Source: Octopus sinensis | Taxonomy: Eukaryota | Length of the DNA stretch: 64,000 bases | Assembly (NCBI RefSeq): GCF_006345805.1 | Contig: NC_043015.1 | Span: forward strand, 3,968,001 to 4,032,000 | Reading direction: 5' to 3' | In this document: piece after piece, positions 1-13,416 of the stretch | How positions within the stretch are numbered: the stretch's first letter is position 1 | Layout of the letters: every line of letters starts with the position of its first letter | Position numbers and translations under genes: made by a program | The notes under the pieces: model-generated | Seen by the model: the letters and a program-made list of their open reading frames with translations, nothing else | Told to the model about the DNA's origin: nothing | The model's database searches: none

Positions 1-1982
1 AGTATTTTCTCCAATATGTGTGTGTGTGTGTGTATGTGTGTGTATGTGTGTGTATATATGTGTGTGCGTGTGTGTGGATATATATATGTGCGTATGTATA
101 TGTAAATATGTATGCATGCATGTATGAATATATGTGTGCATGTTCTTAGTGTATGTAATATTTCTTATATAAACGCATAAAATGCCTAACGAAATGTGTA
201 TAAAATTGCAAAATGGTTATTTGAGATATCATCATTCAAATAATAGAACACTCCATTTATTCTTCTTCATGCAAAGTTTATCGATAACAAAATACTTCCC
301 GATACATATTTCCACACAACTGATTGCTTTGAACATGTGAAATGAAGTGGAAATATATTTTAAAGTCGATGATAAATTTCCTCTACGAAATAGATTCTTA
401 AACCTATAAAGGTTTCCATTGGCTTTGTGATATTATTTGTGAAGGATATACATATTAGAAATATGTCACACAATCCATCTTTTCGAACACCAAACATCTT
501 AAGATGCAAACTAAACAAATTCAAGGAGAGAAATGAAAATAAACGTACAATGTTACATACATGAAACACGTATGTATGCATTTATCTGTGTGTGTTTGAA
601 TTTCTTTGTTTATACGAATGCCTAAATATGTGCGTATGCATTCGTCACGTTTGAGTGTCGGAAACCGTCTCTGTAGGTGTGCCTATGTGTCTATAGACAC
701 CTTGTATTGCTAGAGAGTACTGACCACTCTCAAAAATCACATTCATATATACTTGTGAAGGAATTATTCCATTTAATATGTTTCAGTACTTGATTATTTA
801 AGTGAGTTATGGATATTGAACTTATATACGTTTTTCATAAATACAGAATTTATAGATTTTGACAGTTCAAGACTGGGTGTGAGAGCATTCTGTTATAATC
901 ACTGCTCAGCACTTACGTATTTTCGTCTGTTATTCCAAATAGGGTCAAGGTTTTAACAAGTCATAGAGAGAGTCTTTAGCGATTTAAAAATACAACACAA
1001 AGGACTCAGTGTATATAAAGCTGTATGATACTCTCGCTTCAAAATCCTTTTGACAATAGCGTATAAAATATGTGGGGGTAGATTAGAGAACAAATATTAA
1101 ACAAGAATAAAATCAAAGATGTTTCATGCTATAGTGATATAGCGGTTCATCAAGTGTGTAATATTTTGATTTCTTTGTGTTTATAATTATACTGTCATTA
1201 TGTACCTCTTATAGACTGCAATATGCTTATCTTAAATGCTATGTGAAATAATGGATTTTGGGGCTCAGATTTAATAATGAAGTTTGAATATTCATGAGAA
1301 TTACACGTTGATGTTTAGCAGTATATGATATTTGTTACGTAACTGTAGGTTCTCAAAATTCCTCCATTCACTAAATTCAAATTGATGTATAGCAACGCGT
1401 TAACTTACGTGACAGCCTTCTCCTATTATAGGAGAAAATACCACTACGTACAATCTTGGAATGATTTTGCTGAGTTCAGCCTCGAGTAGAATATTGTTAT
1501 CTATATCGTCGCAGTAGGAACTGACAGTCGTTTTTACAGAACTTTACACAAATATAAAAACTATAATAAATACAACAAAAATAATAACAGGACACAACTG
1601 CAGCCGTCTTTCTACCTAGGACGAATTGAATTAAGCAGGCACGTTTGGATATGAAGACTTACGGCAGAGATACAAAATTTTCACAAACACAGGGAAGAAT
1701 ATCGATGTTGCACTGGCAACGGTCAGACCAAGAATGAAAGAACAGGCTAGGCTGACCGGCAGTCACGGGGGAGGAGAAGAGAGAGTAGTAGAGGCATAAG
1801 GACAGAATAATTAAGGAGGGGCGAGAATAAAGGACATGGACACAATGAGGTGAAAAGTGGAGGGGAAGTGAGTAAGAAGAGAAGGCGAAGAGATGTGAGA
1901 CATGGGGAACGAAAGAACGAAGAGTGGAATGAAGGAATAAGCGTGAAAGTGCTGAGAGACAGACAGAAATAGAGTTGTACAA

Positions 1983-2023
<41 letters not shown>

Positions 2024-2029
2024 GTGTGT

Positions 2030-2945
2030 ATTTTTTCTTTTATTCTTCTATATGTTTTAGCCTTGAGGCTTCGGTTATGCTGGGGCACTGCCATTGTAAT
2101 CACCTTTTGGTGAACTTCGATATCATTGCTCTCATTTGAGTTTCCTGCCTTGAAATTGGTTCATCTGTGATCTTGGATAGTAAGAGGTTAAGTTGTTTTT
2201 TTTTTCCAAACATCTACTCCCCCTCCATCGAGGTTACTCAGATATTTTGGCAAGGAGGTAAGTATATGTGATTCCTTGAATCCAAAGCTATTGCAGTACA
2301 TTGTTCTCGCCCTAGATGGTACAGCTGCGACTTTTGCAACAGTACATTGACGTCCACTTTGGGTTCTAGCAAAACCCTCAATTCCAATGTTTGATGCCAA
2401 AATTTCCAGTATCTCCCATATACATATATCACTGCGTACCTCTTCCATCTTCGCTTCAGGGAGTAGAGTCGTAGTTCGTTCAGGCTCCCCTAGTAGCTCA
2501 GCTGTTCCATTGTTGCAATCTACCTCGTGTAGTATCTTATAACCGCCTGACGTCCTACTGTTAATCCTACAGTTTAGCGTGACCAGAGTTGAGAGCAGTT
2601 ATCCAGGCGGCCTGAGGACAAATGTTTCCTATCCTCTTGTACTGAAGGTTGCCAGACTCGACCCGGCATTCGCCTACACACTGGCGACATGCATATGAAA
2701 CGACGCATCGTAGCTCATATCAGTCACACGTCTGTGATTCTCGGATTTCTGGTACTTTTTATCCAAAATATCGCTGCTATGACTTCTGAGCAACAATTAC
2801 CTGGTAGGGGAGAGCTTGGAATTTTCCCGCATAGAATTGCGTGTTGTTGTCCTCAACCCATTTATATATGCCATCTACACCTTTCTGTAGAAGATTAGCA
2901 TCAGAATGTACCTTAACCGATTGTACTACTTTTGTCGGCATAGAT
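2030..2945 (-). mobile_element. Decayed 3' fragment of a CR1/L2-type LINE (RT C-terminus plus 3' end)
   Basis: Minus-strand translation across stops and frameshifts gives YADKS (YADD-like, about 2943), LLQKGVDGIYKWVEDNNTQF..GKFQAL, LDNCSQLWS (LDYCSQLWSP-like) and WEILE..ASNIGIE..GRQC..YCNSFGF. It ends in a short stem-loop 3' end and an A-rich tail near 2030. Confidence 0.8.
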
Positions 2946-3064
2946 AGTAAGTGTGAGTATATGTGTTACTGATCGCATGTCTGAAAGAATCACCATGAAG
3001 ATCAGTGTCACGATTACACTTAACTGAGACGCTCAAATTGACTCAAATTTCTATTAAAAATTCT

Positions 3065-3165
3065 GATGGTCGCAAAGCCTGGCTTCTGTCTTTTGGAGCA
3101 GTGCAGCGACGTCCATTTCAATGTCTGGTATAATTCTCAATTCCAAAGTTTGGTGCCAACCCATA
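3065..3165 (-). mobile_element. Second short fragment of the same CR1-like LINE family
   Basis: Minus strand [22 protein letters not shown] parallels LASNIGIEGFARTQSGRQCTVAK at about 2330-2400. Confidence 0.6.
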
Positions 3166-3239
3166 CATTATATATATATATATATATATATTTATACATT
3201 CACTTACAAACACACATGTATATACATGCACACACACAC

Positions 3240-3285
<46 letters not shown>

Positions 3286-3459
3286 TATTTATACATATAT
3301 ATATACATATATATATACATCTGTATATACATACGCATGCATAGACTTACTTATTTCTGTGCGCACACTCGTGTTTCTAACACTGTGCGATATTTTCCAT
3401 AGGCAGGTTATATTGCTACGTTAAAAAAGTGACTTCCGCAGAACACTCCAATGAAGCTA

Positions 3460-3514
<55 letters not shown>

Positions 3515-4457
3515 TTCATATTAGCAGCTTGTGCAACGAAATTTTTTATTACCTCAATACCATCAATGTATACGTATACTGTGTTCATTTTATCCTGCTG
3601 ATCGTTATGGGAAAGCAATTATAATTGTATTCAAGTTCTTAAGATTGCAGTTTTGAGTGTTTTAGTTACTTATTCAATGATCCTGTTGATTTGAACTTGG
3701 TTACTTTTTCCCTTAAAAATAAATCACCTGTTTTTACAACGATATTTTTCTTTCCGATATCTGTTACAAAGAGATCTTTAATGAATGGAAATAAATCAAC
3801 ATGAAATATTACACAAGTCTATAAGAAACACCTATAGGTGTATTAATAAGTATTTGCATTTTAGAACAACATTTACAAGAAACATTTAGAGCAAATGGTA
3901 TAAATTGTCGGATAACTTTTTCAGGTATATACACTAGAATGGTCAATATGAGACATTGTAGATATTAAAAATGCACTCCCAAAATAACATGTGACATTTA
4001 AAAGACATTTCAATAATTTTAGAAATTGTATTTAGAATCAAGAAATCAAAAATTTTGTCTTCTGCATGTTGTAGCACCAGGTGGAATCATATTCACATGA
4101 TTTATGTTTTCCCCGACGCCAGCATCCACACTCCTATTTGCTATTGAATGAAATTCGAGCATAATCAGATTGTGATTTAGTATATCTGCACCATATTATT
4201 GAACGTATTCTTCCCATTTTTATGACATTCGACGTGAGTCTTCTCTTATTACTAGCTCTGAATGATAACCCTTTTCGAAGGAACACTTCCTTGTTACTCT
4301 GTTTCATTTGATGTTGCTGCTATTATTATTTAGTTGTTTACCCATATTTCCATCATATTCGTTTCAAATTATGTGCAACAGATTAATAGAATCCTCTACT
4401 GATTTGTATATTTAAAGTTCAGGTTTGATTTCATAGTTACTAAGCTAATATATATTA

Positions 4458-4680
4458 CGAGCTGGCAGAAACGTTAGCACGCCGGCGACATGCGTAGCCG
4501 TATTTTGTCTGCCGTTACGTTCTGAGTTCAAATTCCGTCGAGGTCGACTTTGCCTTTCATCCTTTCGGGGTCGATAAATTAAGTACCAGTTACGCACTGG
4601 GTTCGATGTAATCGACTTAATCCGTTTGTCTGTCCTTATTTGTCCCCTCTGTGTTTAGCCCCTTGTGGGTAGTAAAGAAG
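4458..4680 (+). mobile_element. tRNA-headed SINE, family A
   Basis: Head GAGCTGGCAGAAACGTTAGCACGCCGG, box-B-like GAGTTCAAATTCC, body GTCGACTTTGCCTTTCATCCTTTCGGGGTCGATAAATTAAGTACCAG; homologous copies at 12773 and 37081. Confidence 0.9.
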
Positions 4681-5352
4681 TATGTATTATATTGCACAAT
4701 TTCGCTCATATAAGCAGTGTTATAAAGGAAGTATTCATGTAGTTTGTGAAGTATCAAATAGATTGTCGATCGACATTTTGATGCGTCATTCGATTTACCT
4801 CAATGCTTTTTTATCTTTCCGTGGCTGGCAAAAGAATATCCCACCTACATATTTAAAACCATAGGTTGTTTCATCTTTACTTCATTTTGAACCTTATAAA
4901 CTATTGTAAGACATGACTGGTAATTTTGTTGTTACCCTAACATTATAATTGATTAAGCGAAATTATCATGAAAAGTATCCTAATGAACGACGTGGTCTTA
5001 CTAAGGTACCTGGACTAGATAAACTCATTTATATTTTCATTCGTTAGGGTAAATAAGTTTTGGTTTGAGATTTGGATTCTATTTCTACTTAGATTAATTA
5101 ATCATTGAGACATTTCCCCGTATTCCTTGTTTAAAATAATTTAGTTGTTTCTGATCATTTACATCACATATTTTGCAGTTATTTCTGGAACGGATGCAAT
5201 TCCCATTGTTTTCCTCATCTTACTTCTGTAATCGTATTGTCTGTTATTTTTTATTTATTTTCGATGTAACTGAGAATACATTGTGTATATATAGCTTTTA
5301 ATTGTTGTAGCCGCGTATATATTTTTGCGTTGAATATAACGTTATATATATA

Positions 5353-5424
<72 letters not shown>

Positions 5425-6660
5425 GTATATATATTGGCCTTTTTATTGCAAACACTTTTATTTTGTCGTTTCTCATGTTATGATTATATGATAATATAAA
5501 AGTTTTACGTTTTGTTTCGTTTCAGCATTCTCTTAAGATCTTGCGCCTACACACAATGATGATGGTGTGGTGATTCGCTATCGATATTGTTATCGTTGTC
5601 GATAGTAATATCGAATTTTGCTCTTATTGTTTTCACTATTGTGTATCCAATTGTTATGTGTGTTCTCCACTTCAATCATATTGTTGGATGTTCCCTCACA
5701 AGTAAAAAAAACATAGAGAGAGAGAAAATATTCAAACGTCAGTGGCCCTTTTTTTCCATGAATCGTAACCTTAGTGGTTTTGATCTTTTGATCTTCCGTA
5801 TTTTAAATCTCCCATTAAAGTTAGTAGCTTCAATAAACAATAAAGATACAATTTGTGGTTTGAAGATATTTATTATTTGTTACATGGAATGGCTTCCTTA
5901 TGTATGCATGGGGAATGTATTTTTTTCTAATATCTGTTCGTCAGTTACTTCAAAACTATATACAAGTAGAGAAAAACAACTTTCTCTGAAACAATACAGA
6001 ATTATTCTCTTTGAATGTGTGCGCACAGATATTCAAGCATCACACTTCGACAGGCACTAAAGTACCCATACACACAATTACAGATATATAAAACGCATAT
6101 ACAACAGCATATAATGATTTACATATGTTTACGTAATCGTTTGCGTATCTATTTGTTTTAACAGTCCCTGACAAACAGAAACAGTTTGCATTCTTTCCTA
6201 TCCTGATTCCCATAGGCTATATATGTATATACTAAGATACATGCACTCCATACACGCATATACACACCTGCATGATAGATATGTATCTTTGGATTGCGAG
6301 AGATATAAAAAGATTGGATTTAGTGTTGCAGGCAAAAACGAACGAAATAATACACGCATTTTCGCTACGAATACCAATAAATATAATGCTTTATAGATTG
6401 TAGTTACATAGAGATTCACACAAAATCTGTTTCCAAGCAGATAATATGAGGAAGTTCTATAAATACACTCCGTGCCACCGTGGCCTTGGAACTGATCGGG
6501 AAATCAATCTGAAAAATAAAAGGGTATAAACTAATACTGAAAACATAAATATTTATAAATGCATCTGAATAGGTATATGTGTTTGTATGAGTATGTAAAT
6601 ATACGCATGTATATACGTATATGAGTGTATATTCATATGCACGTATATGAATACATATAA

Positions 6661-6691
<31 letters not shown>

Positions 6692-6766
6692 TCCACACAC
6701 ACACATATATATATATATGTATGTATACATATGTATATACACACATAAATGCACACACACATATAG

Positions 6767-6823
<57 letters not shown>

Positions 6824-8029
6824 TTATATATATATATTATACAGTTGGAAACCAAACATACTAGATAAGACCCTCCGATATGCGCTACTATATGTTGAAT
6901 CTTTCTGTGCCACTCAACATTGACAACTTCTAAACTTAAATCCACCTTTCCATTACTTGTTCGGAACTTCAAAGGTTTCGTAACATATTCCTGCATGCTC
7001 CCACCGTTACCTTCACCACAACTTCTGCAATACTCTCTAACACAAACAACCTACATGTTTCCAGTTCCCTGCATTTAGCATTTTGAATCTCTGCCTCTAG
7101 TTTCATTGCATATAACCATTTCTCTTACCCACTTCATGCACAACATTGTAACATCCATAAGTTCATAATCCTTTCACATAACCTCAATATCCGGACGTCT
7201 ATATCCTCTTGATACATATTTGTTTCACTAGAGTCTGCAGTTCTCCTTTCAGAAACGTAGCATGTGATATCTTTTTTCAATTCTCAACTTCCCAATTTAC
7301 GCTTCATCTGTGGGCGCGTCCTAAGGATGCCAGTTATAACGGACTTAACTCAGCCCTTCGGGCTGCTTTAAAATGCATAGGCGAAATCAGTCCTATTGAA
7401 ATTTGGTCGGTCTTGATCTTAAAATTAAATTGTAGATATTTCCGATATCCTAAAGCTTGGAGTATAACACATGGCATTCTTTTGGACATCCTCATACGTA
7501 CTGTTCGATATCGTTGTCAACCCAACAGTTTGTGTTCTAGCAATTTTATAATTACTCAGCAGCTCATTCACCTCGAGTGTAAATTCGGAACGCAGTATGA
7601 ATGTAAAAACAGCTGGGTAAATATTCACAGATGATTTCCTCCGTCTTCTAGGGGTGTTTAAGCAGTCTTTCTGCTGTTTTGATAGCTATACTGCATTCGA
7701 AATTTGCTTTCTTCTCGGTAAAATATCAGCTTCCAAATTTTCTTTATGAAATTAAAAAAAAAATGATGTGTCACTTAATTTTCTAACATACACTAAACGA
7801 GAATAACGCTGAATACACCTGGCTTACAAATCTTCTCAGTATCCAAATACCTTAGGTAGTCGGCGAACTGTCTTATATGTCTGCATATGTCTGCATTATA
7901 AACGCGTCGAGAAACTCGTTTGCGGTATTCCTTCATATATTTTAAGTTTTAAGCTCGTATCCCACGAAGGTGAAATATGACCTTCATGATTTCAGGGTCA
8001 ATAATTTGCTGTACAACTGAAGTTCAAGG

Positions 8030-8345
8030 ATTGATGTAATAATACTCTATATTATGCTTGGATGTTGATGTTAAACTGTGTATGTTCACCAAGCAGAAGT
8101 AACAATTTGATGTGTGATCTTTTGGCTCTCTCCAAATCATTGGGATGGCAAAAGCCATATGGCGTAAAACTTTAGCCCAGGCAGTGAGGAGTCTGGTACG
8201 GGTTACACAACACCCATTATGGGCCCAGCTTCTATACTGGTCACCCACTTTGCAGTCAGCTAATGACCTCAGCACTTTTTAATCAGAGGCATGAAACGCT
8301 GTCTTTGTGACTTGAATGTTAAGTCAACATAAATATACGTAAAGT
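8030..8345 (-). pseudogene. N-terminal fragment of a Chapaev3-like (CMC) DNA transposase
   Basis: Minus strand NFTYIYVDLTFKSQRQRFMPLIKKC / CKVGDQYRSWAH..CC / MAFAIPMIWREPKDHTSNCYFCL resembles the Cys-rich N-terminus (WREPxxHxxxCYFC) I associate with Chapaev3 transposases. The family name is from recall. Confidence 0.7.
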
Positions 8346-9550
8346 TTTTCCGATGTTTATATAGTTTCGTCCTTATTTCAAATTTTAGTGAAACCGACAA
8401 TGCCTTTTTTTCCTCTCAGAACGCTCTCCCCACGAATTCAGGCCTGAGTAATCAATGATATCTCCTCTAAAACAATGACACTTTCTCACGCGTCCACATA
8501 CATACACAATAGAGACACACTAAACACCACACAGCTTGATTGACTTACACGCAACACATTATAAACAGCATTGCCATTCCCTACCTCCCAGATCCACATA
8601 AATAATGATTACTTTATCCGGAAGGAAAGAAGAACTTGGCGAAGAAACTCTAGTAAAGAAGAAACCTTGGTGAACAGCATCGAATACTTATAGTGTTGTG
8701 TACATTACGTGTCTTGTATCACTGCTCGATATTCGAATATCATACTTGTTGACAAGCAAATATAGAGCGATATATTTAGATACTTTTATACCTACGAAAC
8801 AACCTAATCAATCAAATTCACAAATACTCCTTCTCTCGCACACACATGCATGCACACGCACTCACATACGCCTTGTTCCATGCACACTTACACATATTAT
8901 CTTAAACGCTCCCTCCCATTCATATATATATATATGCATCTTTACACACTTCCTGTCATTCTTTTTCATGGCATGACCGATATTTACTCACCTATAATTA
9001 TATTCTCCTGTACCGGAAACCACATAGCTCGAAGCACTTTTTTTACGTTCACAATAGTTAAAGATCTACATTCACAAACTTTATCCTCCAAATACATCTT
9101 CTGTCCCCCGACTTCTCTCTACTCATCTATCAGTTTGATAAATTTTCATGAATGAAATTATATCTCGTTTTCCATCGATGCAAGTTACAATGACAGTGTT
9201 AATATTATTTTTACGTGATTTTCCTGTTTGTGTTTGCTTATAGTTCGTCTTCTGGATTTTCACATTAATGTGGAACTTAACATCAGTTTCCAAGTATAGT
9301 GGTTTCCATGCATAAATATAACCACGATAGATGTCCGTGATAATCTAAAAACATTGTTGCCACAAACCCATCATAAATCGACAAACAATATAGTGTTAGA
9401 GTACTTATATTCCACTGTGAATTACTGATCTGCATCAGAAAAAAATACGATGTGTGAACTGCTTACAAATAGTTTAGGTATAACAAAGAAATATGCAATA
9501 TACGGTCAATTTTCCCAGTATTTTTCTTATGTGGCGTTATTGTAGTATGC

Positions 9551-9583
<33 letters not shown>

Positions 9584-9814
9584 CAAGCGTGCATGTGTTC
9601 GTGAATGTGTGTGCGTGCATATAAGTATGTGCATACAAACTAGCTAACAACCTCACCCACACGTGTATATGTATATGTGTGTATGTGTGGGGTGGAAACA
9701 TATAGATAAAAAGATAGTGATCTCCGTAGACATATATGTAACTCTCTGCCACTCTCTGTCACTATATATGTATTCATCTATCTATCTATCTATCTATCTA
9801 TATATCTATCTATC

Positions 9815-9899
<85 letters not shown>

Positions 9900-10489
9900 G
9901 TATACATACATATTATTCATATATATACGCAAATATAGAAACGTTTACATACATGCATATACACATATATACCTATACACACACACACATATAGATAGAT
10001 ACGCCAAGCAATATAATGATAGAAAATATGCATTATGACAGGGATGGCCCGGAATGGAAATGATTAGTAAAGATTTAGAAATATGTGACGAAGAGAAGAG
10101 TTTGCATATCATTTGGGAGTAAACAAAATGTTTGTGGATTGCATAGGTTATACGTTTTATTTTCCTTTTCTCAATAACATTTCCATTTGACCTTACCATA
10201 TATATTTTGTCAGATATAAAGATGTAAGGAATGTTCATATTTTTATTTTATTGTCTCAGGTATAAGCTTCTTACAAAAGACAAGACATATACTTTATTTC
10301 AGAGGGTTTTCGGAAGCAACTAGACGTTTGAATACACAGAGAAAGAGATTAAGTGTAGATATAGAGTTCCAAAAAACAAAAGAAGGAAGTTTGTAGGATT
10401 CTTGAAACCGAATGCTAGAAGCGAAAGGTAATAATATACTTGAAGATGTGGAAAACGTTTCATTATACTTGTGTATAAAGAATGAGTAA

Positions 10490-10556
<67 letters not shown>

Positions 10557-10626
10557 ATTATTATAATAATATTATTATTATTATATTATTATTATTATTA
10601 TTATATTATTATAATTATTATTATTA

Positions 10627-10663
<37 letters not shown>

Positions 10664-10712
10664 GTTGTTGTTGTTGTTATTATTATTATTGTTATTATTA
10701 TTATGTTATTGC

Positions 10713-10743
<31 letters not shown>

Positions 10744-10906
10744 TTATTATTATTATTGTTATTGCTATTATTATTATTTTTATTATTATTATTATTATTA
10801 TTATTGCTATTATTAATATTATGACTACTAATAAATACTACTACTATTGGTACTACTACTACTACTACAACTACTACTACTGCTACTACTACTACTACTG
10901 CTGCTG

Positions 10907-10945
<39 letters not shown>

Positions 10946-10955
10946 TTATCATCAT
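10490..10955. repeat. Compound trinucleotide array (ATT)n/(GTT)n then (ACT)n/(GCT)n
   Basis: Directly visible; source of the poly-I/L/Y/S/V pseudo-ORFs. Confidence 0.95.
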
Positions 10956-11293
10956 TATTGTTATTAAAAGTCGAGGGACAAAATGAGTCTGCTTGATAAA
11001 AAGAAGTTTTAAACGATCCTAAACCACGCCGTTTATAATACGTAACTTTTCTGGCTAGATCCTGGAGCATAGTGTACACTTACATTTAATAATATATATT
11101 TTGATGAAAATGGGAGCAGCTGCAGCCAGTACCTATCCATAGTCTCTCAGGTTGAGAATTGCGGTATAATCAGAGATTTTCCTTTAGGTACAGTTGGCAT
11201 ATTTATTATACAACTCTGATGTGGACGCGGAGGGAAAAAAAGAATAATTCTTTACTATCTGGAGAAGACGTGCTAATGGTATTTCCAGTTGAA

Positions 11294-11600
11294 GGTTCAT
11301 GGCTCAGTGGTTAGAGCGCCCAGCTCGCAATCATGAGTTGGCCAGTTCGATTCTCTTACTGAGATGTGTGTTGTGTTCTTGAGCAAGACTCTTTAATTTA
11401 TAGTGTCCCAGTCCACTCAGTTGTAGAAATGAGTTGTGAGGTCACTAACGCCAATCTGTATAGGCATTTGTTATCCTATCTGATTACATGAGTGGCGAGT
11501 AGAGGGGCATCTGATATGCATAAATGGCGTTGCCAGAAATGGTGCTTTAGGGGTGAACTTTCTAGTTGCAATTTCATGTTCAATCATGAGCGAAGGGCGT
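11294..11600 (+). mobile_element. Old tRNA-headed CORE-type SINE, family D
   Basis: Box A TGGCTCAGTGG, box B AGTTCGATTC, CORE-like GTGTTCTTGAGCAAGACTCTTT. The 3' boundary is approximate. Confidence 0.65.
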
Positions 11601-12772
11601 ATTTAATCTTAGAATAAGGTGGCAATGGATATGAAAATCTCTAGTGTTATTCTGAGAGAGTTGGGCTTTTGAGTGGCTTGACTATGACGATTGGCAGCTG
11701 GTCGTTATAGTGTTGCTATTTGCTTGTGATAGCAGCAGTAAAACATAATGACAGTGATGCTGAATTGTCAGTTGTGGTATTATGAAGATATGGGGGTTGT
11801 GGTTTACTGGACACTGAATCACTGGTGATGGCGTTTAATAGGTCAGCAATTATGCTAGTAGTGAGGAGTGACTACGGCTGCTAGTCATGTAATACTTTTT
11901 CTGCTGCCGTTGTGTTGTTTCTTGTTACTTGTATTCTTGTTTTTGCTTTTGCTTTTGTCACTCTTATTTTTTGCAATTGATCTGCAGTTGGAGGAAATGA
12001 ATGCTTATATTTATAAAAGAAAATCAACAATTTTGTGATTCTTTTGTAATTATTTCTGCGATCGTCTATGAAGCAATTGGACTGTTCTTTCGCCATTATA
12101 ATTCAAGCGTGAACAACGTGTTTTATGTTTGGGAGAGATAAATCAATGCATTTATGAAAATACAGAGTTCACTTTTTTTTTTTATCATAGACGTGTTGTG
12201 TAGTCATAAATCTGTGTGAATGCATTACGTCCACATATGAATGTGGAGGTACAAAGGCATGAATGTATGTTATAGTAAGACACTAGTGTGACGCCGTTTG
12301 GAGGAGTGGTTAGGAAGATAAACGAGAAGGAAGAAATCCTGTAACTGAATAAGTAAACACACGGTCAGTGAAGTTAAATGAATTTAAAAGCTAGTAACAA
12401 TAAAAGGTGTAAAATATTTTCAATTATTTTTTTCAATGGGATGCATGTTTTCGAACGTATGTGTCAGTGTGATCAATATGTTTATAACAAGGAAGGGATG
12501 TACTCACCACTCTTCGACTATAGTAAGACACAATTCTTAATAAAACTGCATATAGCATAAATATTTAGAACGAATTTCTAGGATTTGCAAGCAATACAAA
12601 TTTACAATTGTTTATTCACGCAGAATATGAAATTATACAAATATTTACAGAGTCAACATCATCTCCTGATTATTCCGAAATAGTGCATTTCGAATGATTT
12701 TCAGCTGAATAGCTGGGCTTATTTCCTCGTTTCGATGGCAACTGACTGACCAGCCATGTCAATATATATTCA

Positions 12773-12976
12773 TTTATTGCCCACAGGGAGTTCAACATAG
12801 AGGGGACAAACAAGGACAGACAAATGGATTAAGTCGATTACATCCACCCCAGTGCATAACTAATCGACCCCGAAAGGATGAAATGTAAATTCGACCTCGG
12901 TGGAATTTGAACTCAGAACGTGACGGCAGACGAACTACCGCAAAGAATTTCACCCGGCGTGCCAAAGATTCTGCCA
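12773..12976 (-). mobile_element. SINE family A copy
   Basis: Reverse complement aligns with 4458-4680. Confidence 0.85.
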
Positions 12977-13179
12977 AAAGATAAAAGGTAACCAATCTGT
13001 CATATTAAATACCTTATGTTTTAGAAATTGCAACATATTTCTTGCATTCGTTGCAACTATTATAATACCATTTATATGAAGAGCTGTTTATCAAACACAC
13101 AATATATGCATTACATCGTCATTTGATAATCCATTTATATATCCGCAAATACTTATATTCATCCGTCCTTTACAACAGC

Positions 13180-13257
13180 GATGGTTCCAGTTGATCCGAT
13201 TAACTGAAGAGCATGCTCGTGAAATTAACACTTAAGTGGTTGAGAACACCACTGACA
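13180..13257 (-). mobile_element. 3' fragment of SINE family C1
   Basis: Short overlap with the end of the 19328 copy (TGTCwGTGGwGT); the assignment otherwise rests on recalled family consensus. Confidence 0.45.
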
Positions 13258-13262
13258 TATAT

Positions 13263-13330
<68 letters not shown>

Positions 13331-13378
13331 AACAAGTAAAAAATAGAAAATGCTAAAATAATTTTATAGTGAACATTT

Positions 13379-13416
13379 CAGTACCGGTTTCGGTCATTTT
13401 GAGACCTTTTCAACTG
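13379..13416 (-). ncRNA. Minimal type I hammerhead ribozyme with U3-A8 core variant
   Basis: Minus strand CAG-UUGAAAA-GGUC(UCAAAAU)GACC-GAAA-C(CG)G-UA-CUG: stem I CAG/CUG, stem II GGUC/GACC, palindromic stem III ACCGGU, triplet GUA. Confidence 0.8.

Noticed and set aside
6416-6996. ORFs rich in YI/CV/HT repeats here and throughout (e.g. 26852-27304, 49862-50687, 60967-62339)
   Set aside because: They are translations of (TA)n, (TG)n and (CA)n microsatellites with no domain content.
6920-7210. Possible old RTE RT fragment on the minus strand
   Set aside because: Only vague similarity; no diagnostic motif could be read.
7341-7393. GGACT..CAGCCC-TTC-GGGCTG..CGAAATC-AGTCC fold, considered as a twister or hammerhead
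   Set aside because: It lacks the twister L4 motif and any CUGAnGA core; only a simple hairpin is supported.
11294-11360. tRNA-like heads of the SINEs as tRNA genes
   Set aside because: No cloverleaf or acceptor stem; each continues into a SINE body.
13200-13230. CTGAAGAGCATGCTCGTGAAA, hammerhead-like
   Set aside because: Spacing before GAAA is wrong, there is no stem III or stem I, and it lies in a SINE fragment.
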